DNA from: Balanoglossus misakiensis
Taxonomy: Eukaryota > Animalia > Hemichordata
Direction: 5' to 3'
Assembly: GCA_040954595.2 (NCBI GenBank)
Contig: CM082576.2
Span: forward strand, 12,961,129 to 13,025,128
DNA length: 64,000 nt
The notes under the pieces are model-generated. The model was not told where the DNA came from and did not search any database. It was given only the letters and a program-made list of their open reading frames with translations. Positions 38,305-48,476 of this stretch are shown here, one piece after another. Made by a program: the position numbers and the translations under genes. The first letter of the stretch is position 1. Every line of letters begins with the position of its first letter.

Positions 38305-40518
38305 TCACTTGCCAGCCTTGTTTGTTTTTCTCATCTCTCTTATCTTTGCAACTTGCTTGGGGGATTTCATGTAGTGACGTTCCTTTGGCAGGTTCTCCTT
38401 CTTTTTAAACAGAACTCCAGTTGTGTCCTTCTTGCTGGTTCTCTTGGCCTGTTGCTCGATGCGGTAGTTGACGTCGTCATAACGCCGAAACTTGCCGCTC
38501 TTCTTAAACGATACCTTGCTGGACACAGTGTCCCTCTTGTTATAACGGTTGGTAGTCTTTTCGGGATCTGTACGGCCGGTAGTCTTTTCGGGATCTGTAC
38601 GGCCGGTAGTCTTTTCGGGATCTGTACTGCCGGTAGTCACATCGGGATCTGTACGGCCGGTATCGGAATCTGTAAAACAACGTACATCATATATATATAT
38701 ATACATTTTCTGTACGAGTTAGGTCATAAAAATGCGCTTGACCAGACAAAGTATTCCATACTCACAGAAAGAGCGAGGTTCTTCACAAAATTCTTCATCG
38801 GAGCCATCCAAACAGTTCGGAAAGCCATCACACATCGTGTCAAAGGGCAATTCTTCGTAGTGCATTTCACCGGTAAAATCGTCATAAGCCACTAGGCACT
38901 TGTAGAATTGGGAACCTGAGCGAATAAAACAAAGCAATGGGTTGTATGAATGGCTAGGATCGCCTAATTTTAAGTTGGTCTTCAAACACAATCAGGATAA
39001 GACTTGATACATATTGTGAGAAAAGGAACTGAGTATAGAATTCTCGTATTCGAACTATCGCTAGCAACCCACATTGTTAAAAGTGAATTTGATTGAAGGA
39101 CGGCTTTATTCGGGGGTAAAAGTGCTCCAGTCCCACCACCACCATCACCCTGACCGAACGTATTCGAACACAACGAAAGTCGCTCACCATCAAGGCTGCC
39201 ATCTTGAGGCAATGCACCATCTGAAAAAAAAATGAATAACAATTTTATAAGCAATCGAGCATTTCTATCTACTTTCACGACACATATTGTGTCTTTTAGC
39301 TGATACATGGATGCTGCCTGTTAATTAGGTAGCAGAATGTGCGCAAGGGTGCAAATATAGCAGTTCCCCAACATGAAAAGGATACGCCGTCCATTACAAA
39401 GAGTACGGAACGTCACGAAATGCCTTGCATAATACCTGTATCTAATAAGACAGTCAATTTTCTGATGAATATTTTGACAAGCTCTGCGTGTGAAATATTG
39501 CCACATTTCACGGATGCGTAGGTGCAATTGATCAGAGACAAAATGATACTCGCCATTAGATATTGCTTCCATTTCCGCCCTGGCTCCACAAGCTACATCG
39601 TCTTCATCGTTGAAGTAGCGACCACAGTCAGTGACAGCGTTACATACGTGTTCTACCGGCACGCACAAGCCGCCGCACACGTATCCCAGGGGCGGATTAA
39701 AAGACTCGACGACGCAAACTGGTGAACAAATCAAAGAGACAAGCAAACAAATCAGACAGAAAGATGGTATCATGAAGTTACATGTACTTTCAAAGTTGAA
39801 TTTGATAAGATTTTGAAACTCTGAAAGGAGACAACGAAGACTTTTGTCATTGTGGAGGGTCTGGTGGAGTCCTAGTCTCGGTTACCCAGAGCCCTCTGCT
39901 TCTTCCGTTAGGCACTCCAGGAAGAAGCAGAGGGCTCTGGGTAACCGAGACTAGTGGAGTCCGGAAAATGTTCTACTGCACATGTCAAGTGAGCGTGTAC
40001 TAAAACATACTCGGTGATATCGGATATCGCACGTGTTGGTAATGTCTTCAGAAAACACCTGTCAAGCACAATTCACTTACGTTCAGCACCAAAATGCATT
40101 CCCAGGTCGATGATTATTTGAGAGAGGATGTCATCTCCTAAATAATAACCGGGATCTGACTGCTCACCACCACCGACTTTGAGTTTTTTCTTTGCCTCGG
40201 CTTTGGACGGGATATCGAAGCGTCTTCGCTGCAGCTGCCAGAGTAAAATGTAAAACATTATTGCATATGTACTGCCGATTATCTTGTTGTTGTCGGCAAA
40301 ATAAAATTTGTATTTTTCCTGGTGGTGGTATGTAAATGAGATAAAATAGTCCCTGGTGAAAGTGTGTTAAAATAGCAAGATACGAAACAATTGCAACTTC
40401 CATGGTTTGAAAACCCCAAAATTACAAGGAAATCGTTTAATACCTTGTTCGGGTTGTTGGCGCCGACAGTGATGGCGATGAGGCACGTACAAGCAACGAA
40501 AATCGTGAAAGCATGCAT
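38305..40518 (-). CDS. Secreted LDLa-repeat protein with basic tail, copy B (2 LDLa-like modules plus Thr/Gly-rich repeats)
   Basis: Exons 40518-40444, 40228-40081, 39718-39554 (GC donor), 39220-39188, 38915-38766, 38669-38305; frame consistent; paralogous to copy A. Confidence 0.8.
38551..38671 (-). repeat. 27-bp coding tandem repeat (TTGRTDPEK)
   Basis: About 4 units of ggtagtcttttcgggatctgtacggcc in the last exon of copy B. Confidence 0.92.
39873..39953. mobile_element. 81-bp fold-back MITE with 9-bp target-site duplication
   Basis: Arms tagtctcggttacccagagccctctgcttcttcc and its reverse complement; gtggagtcc duplicated at 39864-39872 and 39954-39962; related termini near 17010 and 37645-37664. 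Confidence 0.88.
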
Positions 40519-42873
40519 GACTCTTGATGACCCGAAGGTACTGATATCAGAAGTCTGTTTCACAAGTGTGGCAAATGTTGTCAATTTCCGCGATATATAT
40601 TGGTGAGGGTACAATGTGGCCTTTTGATTCTGGAAAGTGGCCACAAATATTTCTGAATGTTGACTGTTCAAACACCGACAGACTTACAGTATTTCCACGA
40701 TAGTAAAATGAACAAATCATTCAACTATTTAAACATACGAATATTTATTTTTCTCAAAAAATCACGCGCTCGGGTCAAAATGTAAACAGGACAAGTTAGA
40801 GCTTGATTTCAAGTTCAAATTGAAAGAAAATTCGACATACAAATGTGACCTTCCATTTCAAAGTAGTAAAATTTCCACTGAGATATCGTCACTAATAAGC
40901 TAGATGATAAACTGGTCTTATTAGAAGCCAGTAATACGTACCAGGTATAGGACTTGCAAATGTGTCTATTCTTTTTTTTCTTCCCAATTTCAAAACGACG
41001 TCCTAGTACATTATCAATTTCTCTAATAAATATCTTACAGTAAAGCTCATGAAAATTTTCTACTAATGAAATTGTACAAAATTTCAATTCATTCCTCCGA
41101 GCAATATGCGCAGGTCAGAACGCACGTAAAATAAATCTTTCACGTCACGCGTTGTATTTACTTTTTTTAGTCGAGAGAGCAATTGATGATGTACTAGAAC
41201 TTCGCTTTGAAATTGAAAAAAAAAGAATAATCACGTTTGAAATTCCAATGAATTGAGTTGCAAATGTCAAAGCAAATTGACGAGACTGGCATGTGGTGTT
41301 TACAAAGATTTTGGTACATGTTCAAACTTATCACTTTCGAAACTCTATTTCAACGTGCATTAAATAGCAATGCAGCTTTACATGTGTGGTTTTTTTTTTC
41401 ATTTCAAGGATACAATTTACAATGATTCTGAGGCAGAGCCTTCGGGACAAAGCACAAGCATTTTGCGACTTTCCATTTCCATCGAATTCACACTTGCAAG
41501 GTTTATTGTTTTGTATTTTGGAATCAGTGGGCTGGTAAATAGGAAATGAGTTGCGGACATGTTTCTACAAGTACCACCGTCAAAATGACCTATACATTCA
41601 CAGCAGGACCAGAAACACTGTCAAAGTCTGCCTGTCGACAATGTCAAGTGTATTTATCCAGACGGAGCACTCTTAATTGAATCCGGGCATGTTTAAGTCC
41701 TGGAAGGGCAAAATTCCGGCGGGGAAAACCCCTCCCGGCCACCCCATCAATGCGCACAGCCTATGACATAAATTCAGGTTGTGTGACACGGAATATAAAA
41801 CAGGATGCATGGGTAATTGCAAGAATGGTTGCGCTTTATGTGATGCTCTTGAACTTGTACGTCAACGACACAAGGTGTGAAAAGGGGGCGCGAAAGCAAA
41901 TTCCGCATAATTTTAGAGGTGTAGTGGAGACGCCGGGTAAACATTCAACATGTCCCAATCTACCCGACTCCCTAATAAGGAAATTAAATTGCCCGGCCTT
42001 ATAAATTTACCAACATTAGAGTGTTTGGATTAAAACACACAGTTGGAAGTTTCACGTAAGCGTGCCTGAGGAAGTCAAAGGCACGGAAGCCATTACAAAC
42101 ACAGGGGAATACAAGCGGGCTTTGGTAACAACAGTTACAATTTGTGAAACGTCCTTTCTTGAATTATCTTGTTGTCTGCGCAATTAAAATTTGTTGTATC
42201 AAACGTAGTGACTAAAACGGCGACCGTTGATGAAATTACATGTAACATCGCACAGAGAAGTGGATCATTCAGGTCTATATCATAAATTGTCACTGAACTG
42301 GGGGGGGGGAACTATTTCTCCCGTCTAGGAAACACTCAACACTAATCGTAGCAATGGTTGTATTGTGCAAAAACATGCCACGTTCATTTTTTCTCCCCGT
42401 TCGTTTCCGGATTTCCTCTGAAGCCCAGCGACTTATCACATTTAACCTGTGACTCGACTATCATCTGCAAATATTTTCTGACGTGCGAGACATGTATAGT
42501 GGACGTGTCCCAAATAAGAGATATTTCTGTAAATATTATTCTGGTCAGTTCCATCAATAGTTCTCAGATTTCATGTTTTCGTCCAGACAGGGGACAATGG
42601 CCGCGATATTGATCTGGCTTGTCGTTCACCTTTACGAAATGTGGAAATGTTTGTTAATCGCTATTTTTAAAGCAGGCTATGCAAAGTATTGACACAAATC
42701 GCCTGTTTCTGAACACTTTCACTTTTTATCTGATTTTGCTTTGACGTGAACGTTGATCCTTGCAAACAAACAGCGACTTTGTTTATCAGCTGTTTAGAAG
42801 ACAGATGCTTAACCTTGCTTCTTTGTTGAAATGTTTCGTACACGTGCTCGTGGCGTGTTTCCTCTTCAAATCC

Positions 42874-42965
42874 GGGATACCCCGAAAACGCATATCAAAT
42901 TTCAGGATATCCTGTTGTCGTCTGACTGCTTTTTCGCGCGAATTCGGGTTCATGGCTGTATATAA
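42874..42965 (+). promoter_or_regulatory. Candidate promoter of the DUF6973-type gene (kappaB-like site and TATA box)
   Basis: GGGATACCCC at 42874-42883 fits GGGRNNYYCC on both strands; TATATAA at 42959-42965, about 95 nt before the ATG. Confidence 0.45.
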
Positions 42966-43057
42966 GGCAAAGCATGGGCTTCTCGCTTGCAGAAACGGCC
43001 GAGCCTATACCGTTCAGTCTTTATACTCGAGACACACAGTGTAATACAGATTTCAAG

Positions 43058-44980
43058 ATGTTTCTTCGACTGCTTGTAGTCTGCTACCTTGCAAGTGTGA
43101 TCTGCGGCATGACCATCCCGCCAACACCAAAAGACGCCGAGGAAACAACACCGAAAGAGAAGAAGGAAGAATTTGAAAAAGAGTTCATCAGGCTGCTTGT
43201 GAAGTACGAGGAAATACTGCCAGAGATACAGGGAGAATTCTTCACGAAAGAGGTAAAGTTAAAAATTCGCAATACACATCTTATTAAGGTATAGATAACT
43301 ACCCTGATGCAGTGCGTAGTTATCACATCCCGTTGTCTTACATGTAGAAATTTTGAGAAAACGGTCGTGTTACAATATTGGCATTTTTTTACAAAGGGAT
43401 CCAAATAAGCAGTATTATTAAATGATATAAAGAAAACAATTTGTCACCGTGCAAGGAGGTCTGCGTGCCCCGACGTTACGCAGCTAGCCTCCTGTGGTGG
43501 AGGCAGTGTAACGCCGGGAGCACGCAGACCTGCACGCAGGGCTAGGCTTTAGTGGTGTTTTGCTCCAGGAATAACAACCCCTGGGAATATCTCCGATTCC
43601 TCTGCATACATTTGCACTGACAATTAGAGATTTCTTATACTTTAAGCACTTTTGGTGCAACTTTTTCTCTGTGTGATTGGTATAGGACCAGTGAATGGCG
43701 ATGCAAAATAATCAAACCTTTGTCACAGTTACCACGCACAGTGAAAAATTAATGAGGTGATATAGGGGATTGCCCTGAAAAGTTGTCGAAGTCATAAGAT
43801 CTACCACTTTTTTGCATTATTTTCGTGATTTTACTTTCCAACTTTGATTGACCCATCTAAATAAGCTTACTGATAGGTACGCATGGACATCTTATCCACG
43901 CCCGATTGTGGCTGTATGTTGCAATTTTAACAAGTGATATATTAAATGAGTGCCGCACCCGTTTAATCAACATCCATACAAAAAGTACACAACTATCGTG
44001 GTATACATCGCCAAGAGATGACAATCTGATGCAAATACGAGAAATATGGTTTAATGGGGATTTTATCGTGGAAAAACATGTGCAATTTGGCAACTCATGG
44101 GGCTTTAAGTTTTGGGATTCCTGTCGGAATTTGGTATACTTTTGCCAAATTTCCATCTCTGCAATGAGCGGTTGTGTAAAACATGATCCTCCCCGGATTC
44201 CTTCATCCAACAAAACCCCCAACTGTAAGATCTTCGAAATTTTACTTGCAGGGTGCTAACATCATCGACTATGATAGCTACAGTGACTCGTACTCATTCG
44301 ACGGAGACGTAACTTCCGAGGAAAAACCTGAGGCAGAGAGCGAAGAAAGCGACTCCAAATCGGGCTCCAGATCTGCAGAACAAACGGCAAATTCCCGACG
44401 TAGGCGATGCGTGTCGTGCGGTAGGTACACATTTACTAACACAAAACATGATAACAGTGGCGTTTTCTGTCGAGGAAGTTGCGAAATGTGATCAAATTTT
44501 AATTATTATCAGTTTGTGTGTGATTCAAACCATTGACAAACTTCCATGGATGTTATTTACATGTTTGTTTAAACTTGGATATGACGAGCACAATTAAATT
44601 ATTTCTTTTCAACGTTAATAGTTAAAAGAGTTCCTATAATAATAATATGCATGTAATCAGAAATGCATCGATTTATGTGTTACTCCCTTTTTGTTTCGAT
44701 TTCAGGTTGCAGTAAACTCCCGGCGGGTCTATCTGAGGATGCAGCTTACAGTTGGCTTGATTTTAGCAATAATGGTATTCTTGAGGTCTGGCTGGCTTTA
44801 TTCAATCCGTGGAAAGCTATGAAGATAAAAGAATTTGCTGACGATAGCAAGGCAGATGCAGCGAGGCTCTACCCAAGCAGTAAGTTATCCAGATCAGACG
44901 ACACATTCGGATGAAACTTCTGCGCAATCTCAGAACTCATCCGGTATAGACTGACGCCTTGCAGAAGCGTTAGGCTAAAC

Positions 44981-45061
<81 letters not shown>

Positions 45062-45082
45062 CTTTCTCTCTCTCTCTCTCTC

Positions 45083-45127
<45 letters not shown>

Positions 45128-45175
45128 TTCTCTCTCTCTCTCTCTCTCTCTCCCCTTTCTCTCTCTCTCTCTCCC

Positions 45176-45250
<75 letters not shown>

Positions 45251-45735
45251 CCTTCCTCTGTTTCAAAGTAGGTCTTTTGTTTCAGAGTGAATACAAACGC
45301 AGAAAGTTAATAGGCATTGCTGACAGTGGTAAATGATATACATTTTACTTGTGGTTAACAAGGGTTTAACAGTTCTCACTATGACGTAAAGCGTAACATA
45401 CTTGCAATTTTCTTGTAGGTTTACACAATGGCGAGGGTGACGCCTTTCGACACGCGCTGTGGATGTATCGTGTGACGAAAAAGTATGGATCCTCCGTCGC
45501 CAAGGACTTCGGCGATGCCCACGAGAGGTCAAGTGTCAACGCCCTCAACGAAAGACTCATGGACCTGTATAATAATGAGGTCGGCCGCTGCCTGGGCTCA
45601 AATCCAGCCAATCATGGCCGAGATGACATCGACGTCATCAGAGATGCCTTGAACAGTGGGAAGCTGCAGATACGTCTGGATAGTAGTTACCATGGCAATC
45701 CAGCTAGTAGTGGATCTTACTATGGCAGAAAGTGA
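43058..45735 (+). CDS. Secreted prepro-protein (284 aa) with DUF6973/Min-Wnt-like (lipocone/SAA-related) mature domain
   Basis: Exons 43058-43252, 44252-44420, 44706-44879 and 45419-45735 join in frame (855 nt). Signal peptide MFLRLLVVCYLASVICG, acidic pro-region, RRRR site, then NGEGDAFRHALW...AKDFGDAHE...MDLYNNEVGR. Family assignment is from motif recall. Confidence 0.88.
43450..43544. repeat. Imperfect hairpin / fold-back MITE remnant in intron 1 of the DUF6973-type gene
   Basis: Arms aggtctgcgtgccccgacgttac and gtaacgccgggagcacgcagacct; ends ...gcagggcta. Confidence 0.6.
44984..45247. repeat. Long (CT)n microsatellite
   Basis: About 260-nt CT array with ccccttt interruptions. Confidence 0.95.
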
Positions 45736-47556
45736 AAAAAAGAATCGAACATTACAATTTATTATTACAATCAGCCGAATTGATTTTTGGCCTGCTATAA
45801 TAGAAAATCTAGCGACGTCATAGAGAACGATAGTCTCAAGAACTGAGAATTAGCAGTATTTTAGCAAAATAAAAATTCCCAACTCATCAATATCGTTGAG
45901 CTCATGTCTTCTTTTTGGCATTGTCTAGCATGGAACTTCTCCTTAGTCGACAAATGACACTATTTTGACTTTTGATTTTGACATGATGAATAACCTGTCA
46001 TCTTTACGGGGTTGAATAAAAATGTCTTGATGGAAAAATGTTACGTATACGGTGTATCGGTACATGGAACGACTATTCTTTTTGTGTTGTGATTGGTCAG
46101 ACAGAGGTCGACGTCACGACTCGGTTTTGGACATCCGGGAACAGAGCAGCCACGAATCAGCGAATGTAGAGATCAAGTCAACCCAACATCTTGTTTTAAT
46201 CAGATTGGTTACGACACGTACTTGTTTTAGTTCAAATTTCACATAGCAACCCGGTCGTCCTTAATATGAGGTTTTGCTTACTTTCAGAAACTGAAAAAAA
46301 ACTGTCGATTTCCAGTCAGTTCACTGGCGGAGTGACTGTACACCTTACAGGCACACGAAAATATTAATAATTTTTATTTCATTTGTTGTCTTCCCACGAA
46401 GGTCAGCAAAGTAGTTATTAAGAACACTTCAAAAGAAATGACCTTTTGGTGCTAACGAAACTGAACACCCAAACTGGTCACGCGAACAATGTTGCAAGTA
46501 GGTATTAGTGGAGAGAGACTGTACACCTACGCGCATGATGTGAAAACAGCAATTTCGTGGTAGAAAAGATACTAGGTGTCAAACAAGTTATTAAACTTGC
46601 CGTAGCCCTCAGAATCGTACAATTGTTAATCGACACGTACTTGTCCTTGCTCTATATTTCTCCTATTTGTATTTAAAAAAACACAATTACTTCCCTTTTG
46701 TGAGCTATCTTACTCGCCTTTTATGAAAAACACCACCTTTCTCTTTCTCTGCCTCTCTCTATGTCTCTCTCTCTCCCTCCTCTCTGCCTCTCCCCCTCCC
46801 TCTCTCTGCCTATCTCTCTCCCCCTCTCTATATACCCCCTCCCCCTCCCTTTCTCTCCCTCTCCCTCCCTTTTGGAATTGGAACTACTTTGTGATTATAA
46901 GATATGAGACTGCATTGACATTTTTTGCAAATTACTTGTTTTTCAGTAAAATATTAAATTTAAGAATTAAAAAAAAATAATCTAGCAGAATAGTGAGATG
47001 ATACCACTCGTCCTCCAAAAGCTGTCAAGTAGGAAAGGTGTGGTGTTTAATGACTTTTGCAGCATCTTCTGCCCGTGACAGAGAACCCATTTCCGCTAAA
47101 ATCAACACATTTGACGTGTTCTTATCCTTGAAGTCTTAGATAGCGTTTGCTGCCAGACGCCGCGGCATCGGTCCATGCAGGCATTGAAAACTGCACGCAA
47201 TCAAAGTACCGTTCGTGCGTGACATCTGTTGGCCAAAGTGTTTTAACAACTCTTACTGTAGCAAGCATGTTGACCCACTTCTTTTTTGCTTCAGAGAGTA
47301 TCTATACTTGTTCATCTATTTGAAACCGCAGGGGGCGAGTAAACCCCAGCAGTAACACTTTGTGGAGATTCTAAAAGCAGTAAGACTATCGATTGATTGA
47401 TCTATCTTTCTGTCCAATTGATAGATCGAATGTTTGATAGCTAGATAGCTCGATGCCGATCACCTGTAGATCCACCATCTATCGAATATCGATCGATCGA
47501 TCGATCGAAATGGATTGAGGGATCAGTCGATGTATTTATCGATAAATCGATCACCC

Positions 47557-47639
<83 letters not shown>

Positions 47640-47750
47640 GGTCGGTCGGTGTGTCGGTCTGTCTGTCTATCGATACATAGATCTATCTATCAAAATATTG
47701 ATCGATCAATGGATGGATGGATGGATGGATGGATGGATGGATGGATGGAT
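47557..47750. repeat. (ATCT)n and (ATGG)n microsatellites
   Basis: Directly visible arrays at about 47557-47638 and 47709-47750. Confidence 0.92.
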
Positions 47751-47968
47751 GACAAATGTACGTTTACTACGTTTATCGGTTGATTTTTACATCGGGTTGA
47801 TACGTGATCGGTTACATGAGCTTTATACTACGTTTGTAACAGGGTCTACCCCAGGCTAAAATTATATTCATGTAGAATGAGCCTCGAAAATCAAAGTCTC
47901 AAACGTTCTCTCACATTTCGCTCAAGTCAACTTTAGATTATTCTTACTTTAAAAAATGAGATTAGCAC

Positions 47969-48130
47969 TATATAAAAGGTGATATTTGCAGTTGTTCTGT
48001 TCTGTCACCATCTCCGACTTCCCTGTGAGATAATGGAACTGTCTGTGCTAATAAATCACTCTGGCCCATAATGGTTAAGCTTCACTTGCGCAGAACTTCA
48101 TTGGTGATTGCGGTGTACGAGTCAGATCTG
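47969..48130 (+). promoter_or_regulatory. Candidate TATA box and non-coding first exon of the GPCR gene
   Basis: TATATAAAA at 47969, ctg|gtgagt donor at 48131, and an acceptor (tattcag) about 15 nt before the ATG at 48477. Confidence 0.45.
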
Positions 48131-48476
48131 GTGAGTAAACTGTCTGTAACTTTTCGCCTACAGCGTAGCTGATGAACAGAAATCAGATACCATCAGTATA
48201 TTTTTTTTATGCTTCCATTTGTTTTCATTTTTATCGCGGAAATCCTTTCTGTTTAGTCTTTTGATCACCCTGCCATTTCTCAGATATCAATAAAAATACT
48301 ATTTTATATCTATTTACTCATGTAAATTTATAAAGCGCATATAGTTTAGGGATGTTTTTAATATGTATAAACTTACAAAATATAACCTCAAGACAATGTA
48401 CAGAGAATACAGTTTGTAAATGTAAATGTTATAATGTTGTCATTTTCTGGATTTTATTCAGAATGCTTAATATATA

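Larger units (their letters stand above)
37970..41570. repeat. Tandem segmental duplicate of about 30290-36260 (LDLa gene unit)
   Basis: Collinear high similarity in the 3' flank, exons, introns and upstream region, with several large indels. Confidence 0.88.

Noticed and set aside
38551-38671. Regular direct repeats as a CRISPR-like array
   Set aside because: Head-to-tail units with no unique spacers, in frame within a eukaryotic exon; no cas genes.
38260-38895. 211-aa hydrophobic + strand ORF (and the related 30579-31037 ORF)
   Set aside because: Antisense shadow of the Lys-rich last exon of the LDLa genes, with a non-ATG start.
45419-45735. Bacterial contamination as the source of the DUF6973-like sequence
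   Set aside because: The gene has in-frame GT-AG introns containing a microsatellite and a hairpin repeat, and is contiguous with clearly animal genes.
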